Positions 45,388 through 55,023 of a DNA stretch of 64,000 nt are shown here, piece after piece. A model generated the notes under the pieces. That model did no database searches. It was not told the origin of the DNA and was given only the letters and a program-made list of their open reading frames with translations. Each line of letters opens with the position of its first letter. Position 1 is the first letter of the stretch. The translations under genes were made by a program, and so were the position numbers. Origin of the DNA: Acidimicrobiia bacterium (GTDB lineage Bacteria > Actinomycetota > Acidimicrobiia > Spongiisociales > ZC4RG35); contig DASTOM010000031.1 of assembly GCA_035762545.1 (NCBI GenBank), positions 4,125 to 68,124 on the forward strand, given 5' to 3'.

Positions 45388-48300
45388 GTGCCCCAAACTC
45401 GACCTGATCAAACTCTCCCGACGGTTTACCCTGCCGATCCCATGACTCCTGAAGCCCGGACCAACGTATTCCAGCCCCTTTCGGGTCAACCGGACCACGA
45501 CGGGCTGGAGCGCCACATCCTCGAGTGGTGGGACGTCGACGGGACCTTCTCCAAGCTCCGCCAGAAGACCGCTGGCGCGGAGCCGTTCAGCTTCATCGAC
45601 GGCCCGGTCACGGCCAACAAGACCCTCGGGGTCCACACCGCCTGGGGTCGCACCCTCAAAGACGTCATCCAGCGCTACAAGGCCGCCAAAGGGTTCGACC
45701 TTCGATATCAGAACGGATTCGACTGTCAGGGTCTCTGGATCGAGGTGGGGGTCGAGCAGGAATTGGGACTCAACTCGAAGAAGGACATCGAGGCATTCGG
45801 GCTCGAGGAGTTTGCTCGACGGTGTCGGGAGAAGGTCGCATGGTCCGTCCGTGAGCTGCGACGAGGCTCGCGCCGTCTCGGCATGTGGATGGACTGGGAC
45901 CACGACTACCTGACATTCTCGGACAACAACATCGAGTACATCTGGAAGTTCCTCAAGACGCTCGATGACCGAAACTGGCTCTATCTCGGACATCGGTCGA
46001 CCGAATGGTGCCCGCGCTGTGGTACCTCGATCAGCCAGCACGAGATAACCGGGCAGTCCGGGGTCTATCAGGAGAAGTCCGACCCGTCTCTATACGTACG
46101 CTTTCCGTTGATCGACCGGGACGATGAGGCGCTCGTCGTCTGGACCACCACTCCGTGGACGCTTCCGGCGAACGTGTCGGCTGCGATCCACCCGGACCAC
46201 GAGTACGGACGAAGGCCCAATGGTGACTGGGTGGCCGTCGAGCGATTCCCGGAGGACGAGTTCGTGGAACGCAAGCCGGGCCACCAGATGGTCGGCTGGG
46301 CGTATCGGGCTCCTTTCGAAGACCTCCCGGCGGGGATCGGCGTCGACCACGTCGTGATCCCCTGGGACGAGGTGACCATGGAACAAGGGACCGGGGTGGT
46401 GCACATCGCCCCCGGGGCCGGCTCTGAGGACTTCGACCTCGGCACCGTCCACGGTCTTCCGGTACTGATGCCCGTCGACGGCGGGGGCCGCTTCTACCCC
46501 GACTACGGGTGGCTCGCCGGGATGTCGACCGAGGAGGCCAAGCAACCCATCATCGACGCCCTGGAGGAAAAGGGGGTCCTCGTCGAGGCGGGAGAATACG
46601 TCCACTCCTACCCCCACTGCTGGCGCTGTGACACCCCGTTGATATTCCGGGTCGCCGACGATTGGTACATCTCGGTCGAAGAGATCAGGCAACCACTGAA
46701 GGACGCCAACGCCACAGTGGACTGGACCCCTCCCTACATGGGCAAGTTGATGGACGACTGGCTCAACAACATGGGCGACTGGAACATCTCGAGACGTCGC
46801 TACTACGGGCTCCCACTCCCCTTCTACCCGTGCGAATGCGGTCATGTGACGGTCATCGGCTCAAAGAAAGAGCTCGAGGACAAGGCCACCGCCGGGTTCT
46901 CCCAGCTCGAGGAGCTGCGTCGTCCCTGGATCGACCGGGTCACCATCCGTTGTGACCAATGCGGCAACACCGAGCTCCGGCGTATCGAAGAGGTCGGCGA
47001 CGTCTGGCTCGACGCCGGCATCGTCCCGTTCTCCACGCTGGGATGGAACAACCCCGAGTGGGTGTCGAAGGGGAACGCCAATGGGGCGGCAGACGGACTC
47101 ACCTACGCTGACCTGCCCGACCACCAGTACTGGCAGACATGGTTCCCCGCCGATTGGGTCTCCGAGATGCGGGAGCAGGTTCGCCTCTGGTTCTACTCGC
47201 AGTTGTTCATGTCGGTGGCTCTCGAGGGGGTCGCCCCGTTCAGGTCGGTCCTCGGCTACGAGAAGATGCTCGCCGAGGACGGACGTGAGATGCACGGTTC
47301 GTGGGGGAACCTGATCAGTGCCGAGGACGCCTTCGAGAACATGGGTGCAGACGTGATGCGCTGGATGTACTGCGCACACCCCCCCGATCGCAACCTCCTC
47401 TTCGGTTACGAAGGCGCCCATGAGGTGCGGCGCAAGCTGCTCACACTGTGGAACTCGGCCCGATTCCTCATCGACTACGGGAACATCGAAGGCTTCACGC
47501 CTACCTACCGCGATCTCGACGGTGGGCCGTCAGGGATCGAGTTGACCACCACCGACAGATGGCTGCTGGCCCGTGCCGGCCAGGCTGTGGCCGAATCGGA
47601 GAAGAGTCTCGATCGGCTGCGCACCGACGAGCAGATAGCCTCGTTCGAGGCCTATCTCGACGACCTGTCCAACTGGTACATCCGGCGCAGCAGGCGTCGT
47701 TTCTACGACTTCGACGAGGCCGCGTTCCGGACCCTCTGGGTCGGAGTGGTGACCGCGGTTCGGATCATCGCCCCCGTCATGCCCTTCCTGACCGAGCATC
47801 TGTGGTCGATCCTCGTCGCCGGCCCGTGCCCGGACGCACCCGGCTCGGTTCACCTGGCAGGTTGGCCCGCATCGCCCGGCGATGTCGACGTGGAGCTGCT
47901 CGCCGAGATGGAGTCAGTCCGACGTGTGGTCGAGGCGGGCCGACGCGCCCGCATGGAAGCCAACATCAAGCTCCGACAGCCACTCCGCCGGGTGGTCGTG
48001 CGCAACGCGGATCTGGCCCGGGCACACGCCGGCGAGATCCTCGACGAGCTCCGTGTCAAGGAGATCAGCTTCGACGAGGACACCACCGTCGAGGTGACGG
48101 TGAAGCCGAACTTCCCGATGGCGGGGCCGCGTCTCGGCCCCAGGATCAAGGATGTGGCGGCGGCACTGGCCCGCGGTGACTACGAAGACCGCCCCGACGG
48201 AGGGGTCGAGGCAGCCGGGGAGACTCTGGGCCCTGACGAAGTGACTCGGACTGAAAAGGTGATCTTGGAAGGCTGGGTGGTGGCTCACGACGGAAACATC

Positions 48301-48561
48301 AGTGTCGCGATCGATCCCTCACTCGACGATGAGTTGATCCTCGAGGGCCGGGCACTCGAGTTGATTCGGACGATCAACGAGGAGAGGAAGATGGCCGCCC
48401 TCGACCTCACCGACCGGATCAAGCTGCGCCTCGGTGCGGAACACTCCGACGTAGTCGCCGAGCACCGCGATTGGATCGCCGCCGAGGTTCTCGCCACCGC
48501 TATCGAACTCGACGGTCCCGATGGGGCGATCGAGCTCGAAGTGGACATCGAATATCGCTGA
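45388..48561 (+). CDS. ileS: Isoleucyl-tRNA synthetase (type 2, actinobacterial/eukaryote-like)
   Basis: 1057 aa with a HIGH-like region (..TLGVHTAWGRTLKD..), KMSKS-like KMLAEDGREMHGSWGN and a CP1 editing domain. The ATG at 45442 (MTPEAR) is an alternative start. Confidence 0.9.
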   Translation: MPQTRPDQTLPTVYPADPMTPEARTNVFQPLSGQPDHDGLERHILEWWDVDGTFSKLRQKTAGAEPFSFIDGPVTANKTLGVHTAWGRTLKDVIQRYKAAKGFDLRYQNGFDCQGLWIEVGVEQELGLNSKKDIEAFGLEEFARRCREKVAWSVRELRRGSRRLGMWMDWDHDYLTFSDNNIEYIWKFLKTLDDRNWLYLGHRSTEWCPRCGTSISQHEITGQSGVYQEKSDPSLYVRFPLIDRDDEALVVWTTTPWTLPANVSAAIHPDHEYGRRPNGDWVAVERFPEDEFVERKPGHQMVGWAYRAPFEDLPAGIGVDHVVIPWDEVTMEQGTGVVHIAPGAGSEDFDLGTVHGLPVLMPVDGGGRFYPDYGWLAGMSTEEAKQPIIDALEEKGVLVEAGEYVHSYPHCWRCDTPLIFRVADDWYISVEEIRQPLKDANATVDWTPPYMGKLMDDWLNNMGDWNISRRRYYGLPLPFYPCECGHVTVIGSKKELEDKATAGFSQLEELRRPWIDRVTIRCDQCGNTELRRIEEVGDVWLDAGIVPFSTLGWNNPEWVSKGNANGAADGLTYADLPDHQYWQTWFPADWVSEMREQVRLWFYSQLFMSVALEGVAPFRSVLGYEKMLAEDGREMHGSWGNLISAEDAFENMGADVMRWMYCAHPPDRNLLFGYEGAHEVRRKLLTLWNSARFLIDYGNIEGFTPTYRDLDGGPSGIELTTTDRWLLARAGQAVAESEKSLDRLRTDEQIASFEAYLDDLSNWYIRRSRRRFYDFDEAAFRTLWVGVVTAVRIIAPVMPFLTEHLWSILVAGPCPDAPGSVHLAGWPASPGDVDVELLAEMESVRRVVEAGRRARMEANIKLRQPLRRVVVRNADLARAHAGEILDELRVKEISFDEDTTVEVTVKPNFPMAGPRLGPRIKDVAAALARGDYEDRPDGGVEAAGETLGPDEVTRTEKVILEGWVVAHDGNISVAIDPSLDDELILEGRALELIRTINEERKMAALDLTDRIKLRLGAEHSDVVAEHRDWIAAEVLATAIELDGPDGAIELEVDIEYR

Positions 48562-48604
48562 TCGGGCTTATGAATACCGGTGGGGCTGCCGATAGCATGA
48601 CCTC

Positions 48605-49054
48605 GTGACCTCCCGCATCGACGATCTCATGGCCTGGGTGCGCTCTCCTCAAGGCGCCAAGGTCCTCAAATTCGGGGCGGTGAGCGCGTTCAACGTCATC
48701 CTGGGGCAGGTGCTCCTCTACGGCGCCCAGGTGTGGGGCGATATGCCCCCGGTGGTGGCGAACACATTCGCAGTGTGTGTTGGGACGATCCCGGCGTACA
48801 TCCTGAGTCGCTACTGGGTATGGGAGAAGCGGGGGAAGAACCACTTCATGCGCGAGGTGCTTCCATTCTGGATCCTGGCGCTGGCCGGGTTCGCCGCTTC
48901 CACGGGTGCGATCTGGATCGTCGACAACCGCTGGGAACCGGGCCCGCTCGTCATCAACCTGACCAGCCTCGCCGCCTACGGCGTGGTCTGGGTGGTGAAG
49001 TTCGTCGTGCTCGACCGGGTTCTCTTCAAGACCGAAGAAGCCGCAACAGTCTGA
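48605..49054 (+). CDS. GtrA-family membrane protein (polyisoprenoid-linked sugar flippase-like)
   Basis: 149 aa with four TM helices and GtrA-like topology and size. Confidence 0.65.
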   Translation: MTSRIDDLMAWVRSPQGAKVLKFGAVSAFNVILGQVLLYGAQVWGDMPPVVANTFAVCVGTIPAYILSRYWVWEKRGKNHFMREVLPFWILALAGFAASTGAIWIVDNRWEPGPLVINLTSLAAYGVVWVVKFVVLDRVLFKTEEAATV

Positions 49055-49057
49055 CCG

Positions 49058-49873
49058 TCACTCGTCTTCGCCGGTCTCCTCATCGTCGCCGGTGTCCTCG
49101 TCATCTGAGAGGTCCTCGTCTTCACCCTCGCCGAGCTGGAGGTCGGCAGCTACTCCGGTGAGCAGAGCATCGAGGTGGTCCGGGGCTCCGGCACCATCAT
49201 CAGGCACGTCGTCAGCCGATGCCTCATCGTCGTCGTCAGCGCCATCCTCGACGAAGTCGGCTGTCATGGCTTCGTCTTCGGACGATGCGCCGTCGCCGTC
49301 GCCGGTGCCGGTCTCGGCGTCGCCAGGATCTGTGCCCTCGATGACCGAGTCCATCTCGTCGAGTTTCTCAGCGACCTCCCCGGCGAGGACGGAGAGCTCT
49401 GAACGCACTGAGGCCACCCGGGCCGCAAGCGCCGAGATCTCTGCCTCTGCCTCGGCCTTCTTGGCCTCCCTCTCCGCCTGCCACGTCTCGGCCTCGCCCT
49501 TGGCATCGGTGACGATCCTCTCGGCCTCGACCTCGGCGTCCGCCATCAGCTTGTCGGCTGCGGTCTGAGCTGCGACGAGGGCCCTACCGATCGCGCTCTC
49601 GTCGATCACGGGTGCCACCGGGGTCGGTTCGGGGATGACAACGGGCTCCGGTTCTGCTGCCAGCTCGGGGACAGGCTCGGGCTCCGGCTCCGGCTGGGGT
49701 GCGGCGATCGGCATAGGGGCGGTCTTCGGGGCGGCTTGTGCCGCCTCCAATTGGTCGGTCAGGTCACGGATGGTCGCAACGATCTCGTCGAGGAAGTCAT
49801 CCACCTCGTCAAGGTCGTAGCCGCGGAGTGCGGTTGAGAATGTCTTCTGTTCGACGTCGGCTGCCGTCAGCAT
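49058..49873 (-). CDS. divIVA: DivIVA-domain protein (Wag31-like) with long acidic C-terminal tail
   Basis: N-terminal LTAADVEQKTFSTALRGYDLDEVDDFLDEI (DivIVA lipid-binding motif), a coiled coil, then a D/E-rich tail. Confidence 0.85.
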   Translation of the reverse strand: MLTAADVEQKTFSTALRGYDLDEVDDFLDEIVATIRDLTDQLEAAQAAPKTAPMPIAAPQPEPEPEPVPELAAEPEPVVIPEPTPVAPVIDESAIGRALVAAQTAADKLMADAEVEAERIVTDAKGEAETWQAEREAKKAEAEAEISALAARVASVRSELSVLAGEVAEKLDEMDSVIEGTDPGDAETGTGDGDGASSEDEAMTADFVEDGADDDDEASADDVPDDGAGAPDHLDALLTGVAADLQLGEGEDEDLSDDEDTGDDEETGEDE

Positions 49874-49955
49874 GGGTTCACCTCTCGATGTCGCCGGGGA
49901 GGATACGAATCGCGGAGCCGGCTTCCAAGCACCTGCTCCCCGAACTGTTCAGTGG

Positions 49956-50210
49956 TCAAGCGATGATTCTGATCAGGATCTGAATCCCGATCAGCAGGAT
50001 GATCGGAGACAGGTCGAGCGCGCCACCTCCGATCCGGATCGGAGGGATGACCCGTCGGATCGGCAGAATGACCGGATAGATGATCCTGTCGAGGAACATC
50101 TGGATCTTCCCCAGGGGATGGGTGGAAGACACCCGTATCCAGGAGAGGATCACCCAGGCGAATATGGCGTAGAAGTAGATCGTCAGCAGCGTGACGAGGA
50201 GATTGCGCAC
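49956..50210 (-). CDS. yggT: YggT-family membrane protein
   Basis: 84 aa with two TM helices in the conserved position between sepF and divIVA. Confidence 0.75.
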   Translation of the reverse strand: MRNLLVTLLTIYFYAIFAWVILSWIRVSSTHPLGKIQMFLDRIIYPVILPIRRVIPPIRIGGGALDLSPIILLIGIQILIRIIA

Positions 50211-50212
50211 CG

Positions 50213-50779
50213 TCAGTCGTCGACGTCGTCCAGGTCGTAAGCGCCAAGCGTGGAGAGCCTGCGCTTCTCATCCCGGCTGAGAGTGACCCGGGGCGGGAGC
50301 ACGAGCACCAGCCCGTCACCGACACGTCGCATGGAACCGTCGAGGGCATAGATGAGGCCCGACGAGAAGTCGACGACACGCCGCACCAGGTCCGGGTCGG
50401 TGAGTCTCATGTCGAGCACGACGGGGACCCGGTCTCTCACCCGATCGGCCAGGACGCGCGCATCGGAGAACTCCTCGACGACGAGGATGTCTGACTGAAT
50501 CTCGACCGGCCTGACGACCGGACTGGTCATCGGTGGTTCGACCCGTCGGGACGAGTCGGTCCTGGTCACCGACTCCCGAGCCTGTGGCCTGGTAGCCGCC
50601 CGTGCGGTCGGGGGCGGTTCGACACGACGGCCCTCGGCCAGCGCATCGACGGCGCGCGGCTGTGAGATCGGGTCCGAATGCTGGTTGGGTGACCCGGCCA
50701 ACTCAGCAGCCTCTGCCTCGATCTGATCCTCGTCCACGAGTCCGAGATAGACGAGGGCTTTTGAAAACAGAGAAGACAT
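50213..50779 (-). CDS. sepF: Cell division protein SepF
   Basis: N-terminal MSSLFSKALVYLGLVDED (membrane-binding amphipathic helix) and a conserved C-terminal domain (..VLDMRLTDPDLVRRVVDFSSGLIYALDGSM..). Confidence 0.85.
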   Translation of the reverse strand: MSSLFSKALVYLGLVDEDQIEAEAAELAGSPNQHSDPISQPRAVDALAEGRRVEPPPTARAATRPQARESVTRTDSSRRVEPPMTSPVVRPVEIQSDILVVEEFSDARVLADRVRDRVPVVLDMRLTDPDLVRRVVDFSSGLIYALDGSMRRVGDGLVLVLPPRVTLSRDEKRRLSTLGAYDLDDVDD

Positions 50780-51454
50780 TCACGCTCCGGTCGAATTGCG
50801 TGGGCCAAAGATAGCCCGTCCCACACGTATGATCGAAGCACCCTCCTCGATCGCAACCTCGAAGTCATCGGTCATTCCCATCGACAGCTCTCGCACCGAG
50901 GGGTGATCCACCGTCAGCTGATCCCGCAGCTCACGCAGCCGGATGAAATGGCCCCGGCTGTCCTCCGGCGAATCCGGGATCGGTGGGATCGCCATCAGGC
51001 CGCGCACGTCGAGACCGAGCTCGAACATCCAGCCCAGACCTTCCCGAACCATGTCCGGCGCCAGCCCCGACTTTTGGTCTTCCTCACCCACGTTCACCTG
51101 GGCGAGGACCGGTGGTGGATGACCCCGCCCTTTCATCCAGGCGGCTCCCAGGGATCTCCGGTCCATCGAGTGGAGCAGCCAGGCGATCGGACGAACCTCA
51201 CGTGCCTTGCGGGACTGAAGGGCCCCGACGAAATGCCAGCGGATGTCGTCAGGGAGGGCAGGTGCCTTCCCGACCAGCTCGGCGGAGCGGTTCTCACCGA
51301 AGTCGCGATGACCCATCTCGTAGACCTCGAAGATCTCCTCCGGGGACTTGGTCTTTGACACTGCGACGACCGTGATCTCAGAGATGGCCCTACCGGCACG
51401 ATCGCAGGCACGCTCCACCCTCTCCATCACAGACTCGTAACTCATCTGATCCAT
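50780..51454 (-). CDS. yggS: YggS-family PLP homeostasis protein
   Basis: ..VTVVAVSKTKSPEEI.. (PLP-Lys), 224 aa. Confidence 0.85.
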   Translation of the reverse strand: MDQMSYESVMERVERACDRAGRAISEITVVAVSKTKSPEEIFEVYEMGHRDFGENRSAELVGKAPALPDDIRWHFVGALQSRKAREVRPIAWLLHSMDRRSLGAAWMKGRGHPPPVLAQVNVGEEDQKSGLAPDMVREGLGWMFELGLDVRGLMAIPPIPDSPEDSRGHFIRLRELRDQLTVDHPSVRELSMGMTDDFEVAIEEGASIIRVGRAIFGPRNSTGA

Positions 51455-52065
51455 CCCAGGGTTGCCAAGCGGGCAGGTGTCCCGTCCTGCCGGTGGGAGT
51501 ACCAGGCATCCTCATGCATGGTGCATGCCGCCATCGTGTACAGGGTGACTCCGGCCAGTTGGTCACCGAGTGCGGCGGCGAGGTCGACCGACTGCGTCCC
51601 CCAGGTGGTCCGGGATATCGCGCCGGGGAATCGTTCGGCGACTTCGGGGCCGACCTCGAAACAGCACGGCCCGATGCCCGGCCCAACATAGGCGCGGACC
51701 GGGTGGGAGCCGGCCGAACCCATCTCCTCTCGGAGACGGGCCACCACTCCGGCGTCCACCCCTCGCCAGCCGGCGTGTGCCACTCCCACGCCGGCATCGG
51801 CGATCAGCACGACACCGAGACAGTCAGCGGTGAAGACAGCGAGTGGAAGACCCGAGACCCGTGTCCACAACGCATCGGCCGCCCCGGCATTTCCCGGTTC
51901 CGCCACTTCGATCACATCGGAACGGTGGACCTGGCTGACGGTCGCCCACTCCGACGGGATGCGCAGGCCATTGGAGAGTCGCTCCCGGGAGGCGGGATCG
52001 TCCCGCATGTCCCCGTCCGACCTGTCGCTGAATGCCACCCCGTCGGTGCCGGGGGGTTGGATCAT
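51442..52065 (-). CDS. pgeF: YfiH/PgeF-family (polyphenol oxidase-like) purine nucleoside phosphorylase
   Basis: ..[10 protein letters not shown].. and ..GPCCFEVG.., the conserved His/Cys metal site, in the conserved position downstream of ftsZ. Confidence 0.8.
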   Translation of the reverse strand: MIQPPGTDGVAFSDRSDGDMRDDPASRERLSNGLRIPSEWATVSQVHRSDVIEVAEPGNAGAADALWTRVSGLPLAVFTADCLGVVLIADAGVGVAHAGWRGVDAGVVARLREEMGSAGSHPVRAYVGPGIGPCCFEVGPEVAERFPGAISRTTWGTQSVDLAAALGDQLAGVTLYTMAACTMHEDAWYSHRQDGTPARLATLGWIR

Positions 52066-53108
52066 CCCTGGACGAAACTGGGGATGTCGAGGTCGTCGCC
52101 TCGCTCGCCGAACGGCTGAGGAGTCGACTCCTCACGGGTTTGAGGTCGATTGGCCCGGCGACGTCCCTCGAATCCGGCTGCGATGACAGTCACCTTCATC
52201 TCCTGTCCCAGGTCGTCGTCGATGATGGCACCGAAGATGATGTCTCCATCGCCATCGGCGTGGTCGGAAACGACCCGCGCAGCCTCTGTGGCCTCATGAA
52301 GGGTCATGTTCGTGGGCCCGGAGACACTGAGCAGAACGCCCTTGGCACCGTCCATCGAAGACTCCAGCATCGGTGACGCGATCGCACGTTCCGCAGCCTG
52401 TCGGGCACGATTCTCACCGGTGGCGCGCCCGATACCCATGACCGCGGAGCCGGCGTCGGCCATGATCGTCCGGACATCAGCGAAATCGACGTTGATGAGA
52501 CCCGGTGTCGTGATCAGGTCAGTGATACCGGTGACCCCGCTCATCAGCACCTCGTCGGCGAGCCGGAACGTCTCCGCCATCGGTGCAGACGGATCACCCA
52601 CATCGAGCAGTCGGTCGTTGGGGATGACGATCAGCGTGTCGACGGCGTCCTTCAGGGAGTCGATGCCTTGCTCGGCATGGACGGCGCGTCGCCGTCCTTC
52701 GAATCCGAAGGGGCGGGTCACCACTCCGACCGTGAGTGCTCCCACCGAACGGGCGACCTCTGCAACGACGGGGGCTCCACCGGTACCGGTGCCACCGCCC
52801 TCGCCGGCGGTGATGAAAACCATGTCCGAGCCCTTGAGGACCTCTTCGAGTTCGGCCCGGTGCTCTTCTGCGGCGGCACGACCGATCTCGGGGTTGGCGC
52901 CTGCGCCGAGACCACGAGTGACCTCACGTCCTATATCCAGTTTCACATCGGCGTCGGACATCAGCAATGCCTGGGCGTCGGTGTTGAGGGCGACGAATTC
53001 CACGCCACGCACCCCGGCTTCAACCATGCGGTTGACCGCATTGACCCCACCGCCACCTATTCCGACCACCTTGATCACGGCGAGATACCCGCCACTTCCA
53101 TTGCTCAC
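52062..53108 (-). CDS. ftsZ: Cell division GTPase FtsZ
   Basis: [13 protein letters not shown], tubulin signature [14 protein letters not shown]7 loop and C-terminal DIPSFV tail. Confidence 0.95.
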   Translation of the reverse strand: MSNGSGGYLAVIKVVGIGGGGVNAVNRMVEAGVRGVEFVALNTDAQALLMSDADVKLDIGREVTRGLGAGANPEIGRAAAEEHRAELEEVLKGSDMVFITAGEGGGTGTGGAPVVAEVARSVGALTVGVVTRPFGFEGRRRAVHAEQGIDSLKDAVDTLIVIPNDRLLDVGDPSAPMAETFRLADEVLMSGVTGITDLITTPGLINVDFADVRTIMADAGSAVMGIGRATGENRARQAAERAIASPMLESSMDGAKGVLLSVSGPTNMTLHEATEAARVVSDHADGDGDIIFGAIIDDDLGQEMKVTVIAAGFEGRRRANRPQTREESTPQPFGERGDDLDIPSFVQG

Positions 53109-53236
53109 GAAATCCTCCAGAAACCGGTATCAGTCAAACGTTGAAGTAGAGGTTTACCGTTAGACCGATTCAAAGTAAACCCCCAATGCCTAACCCTCAT
53201 GTAGAGGTTGACTCAAGCAAAAGGTTACCGTGACGA

Positions 53237-54127
53237 TCAGTCATCCTCGGGCCCAACGTCCTGCTCCTCGCCACCTGCGGGCGGCTCGGAGTCCTCTGCC
53301 GACTCCCCGGAGCCAGACTCTGCTTCGACTGGCTGGTCCCCCTCCCCGGACTCATCGTCGGCGGTGGCCTCTGTCGCCTCCCCGGTGATATCCGGACCGC
53401 CGACAGCCGGGTTGGTCGGAGCGATGAGCACGATAGAGGCGCTCTCCGGCAGGTTCTGGCCGAGAAGTGCCTCGAGACCGAACGCTTTCTCCCTCATCTC
53501 CACCTCACGCCCCAGTCTGACCTCGTGGCCCCGGACACTCGCCCACAATTCGCCGTGGCGGTAGGTGACCACGGTCTCCCTCGCCACCTGGGGCGAGAGA
53601 TTTGCGAGAAACTGAACTGCCCCGATCAGCTCGCTCGAACCGGTTGCGGCGACCGCGGTCACGTGGGGCATCTGGACCCGACCCAACTCGTCGCCGGGCA
53701 CCTCTGCGGAGGGCAGAGCGACGCCATCGACGGCGCGACGGGACCAACCATCAGCCGTCTCGACCCATGCCACCGGCACACGTTCGACGATCGTGACCGT
53801 GACCCGGTTGGGCCACCCCATGGCGAGATCGGCATCTGCGATCCAGGGATCTTCGAGAAGGGCTGCCTCGGTCGCCGTCTCGCTGATCCGGATCATGGGG
53901 CTTCCCGCCATGACACCCATGTCGGCGAGGATGGTGTTGGCCGAGCTCACCGAGATCCCGGCCGTGTCGACCTGGCGGACGCTGAGCCATGGCGAGAAGA
54001 GCAACCAGACGAGAGCGCCGACGACGAGCAGCCCCGCCAGGAACTTGAGCAGTCGTCCCACGTTCCTCTTGGCGATGTCCTCGGCGACCGTCTTGCGTCG
54101 CTCGATGAGTCTGGGATCGATGCTCAT
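53237..54127 (-). CDS. ftsQ: Cell division protein FtsQ/DivIB with acidic C-terminal extension
   Basis: Cytoplasmic N-terminus, single TM (LLVVGALVWLLF), POTRA-like region, in the conserved position between murB and ftsZ. Confidence 0.75.
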   Translation of the reverse strand: MSIDPRLIERRKTVAEDIAKRNVGRLLKFLAGLLVVGALVWLLFSPWLSVRQVDTAGISVSSANTILADMGVMAGSPMIRISETATEAALLEDPWIADADLAMGWPNRVTVTIVERVPVAWVETADGWSRRAVDGVALPSAEVPGDELGRVQMPHVTAVAATGSSELIGAVQFLANLSPQVARETVVTYRHGELWASVRGHEVRLGREVEMREKAFGLEALLGQNLPESASIVLIAPTNPAVGGPDITGEATEATADDESGEGDQPVEAESGSGESAEDSEPPAGGEEQDVGPEDD

Positions 54128-55023
54128 TCCTCAAAGCCCACGAACTGGATTTCTGGCTCCAGATTGGTGCCTGTGGCCTCGAATACCGCGGCTTTCACTC
54201 GGGACACCAGCTCGTGGATGTCGTCGGAGCTGGCTCCGGGGCCGGCGACGAAGAAGTTGGCGTGTTTCTCTGAGACCGACACGTCACCGACCGCCAGTCC
54301 CTTGAGCCCCAGGCTGTCGATGATCTCGCCCGCGGTCGACCCCGGTGGGTTCTTGAACACGCTGCCGGCATTGAACGTCCCACCCGGCTGGTTGTCCTTC
54401 CGCCATCGGGTGATCTCCCGCATGAGGTCGCTCCCCTGCCGGGGGTCCCCTTCTACCCCCTGGAACACCGCGGACAGGACCAACTGTGTCGATCCCACAT
54501 TGGACTTCCGGTATGAGAGATCGAGATCCGATGCCGGGTATTCGGCTATGGCCCCACCGGCGAGTTCGGCGATCTCGACACTGGCGAGGAAGTCAACGGT
54601 CTCGGAGCCGAAGCATCCGGCGTTCTGACGTATCGCGCCGCCCACGGAACCGGGGACTCCCACCAAGAACTCGAGCCCTCCGACACCGGCGGCCACCGAC
54701 GCCCGTGCCACTTTTGGCAGTGGTGCTGCGGCACCGGCCGTAACCGTCAGGCCGTCGACGGCTATCTGGGAGAAATCGCCTCCGAGGCGGACTACGAGGC
54801 CGTCGAACCCACGGTCGGAGACGACCAGGTTCGAGCCTCGCCCCAGAACCAGGACAGGCAGCTCACCCGCCAGGCCGGTGGCGGTCAATTGCTCGACCTG
54901 GGTCCGGGTCTCCAGGGTGGCGACCAGTCGGGCGGGTCCACCAGCCTTGTAGGTGGTGAGGGGCCCAAGCGGGACGTTCTCCTCGAGGAAGCCCTGGGCG
55001 ATGAGGCTGGCGACCGTGGTCAC
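54124..55023 (-). CDS. murB: UDP-N-acetylenolpyruvoylglucosamine reductase
   Basis: FAD-binding ..LVLGRGSNLVVSD.. and 299-aa MurB architecture. Confidence 0.85.
   Translation of the reverse strand: MTTVASLIAQGFLEENVPLGPLTTYKAGGPARLVATLETRTQVEQLTATGLAGELPVLVLGRGSNLVVSDRGFDGLVVRLGGDFSQIAVDGLTVTAGAAAPLPKVARASVAAGVGGLEFLVGVPGSVGGAIRQNAGCFGSETVDFLASVEIAELAGGAIAEYPASDLDLSYRKSNVGSTQLVLSAVFQGVEGDPRQGSDLMREITRWRKDNQPGGTFNAGSVFKNPPGSTAGEIIDSLGLKGLAVGDVSVSEKHANFFVAGPGASSDDIHELVSRVKAAVFEATGTNLEPEIQFVGFEE

Noticed and set aside
45239-45441. Possible T-box leader upstream of ileS
   Set aside because: No plus-strand match to the T-box consensus (AATTAGGGTGGNACCGCG) or an obvious specifier-loop/antiterminator arrangement was found by eye. 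A partial resemblance exists only on the wrong strand. Not verifiable without covariance-model searching.
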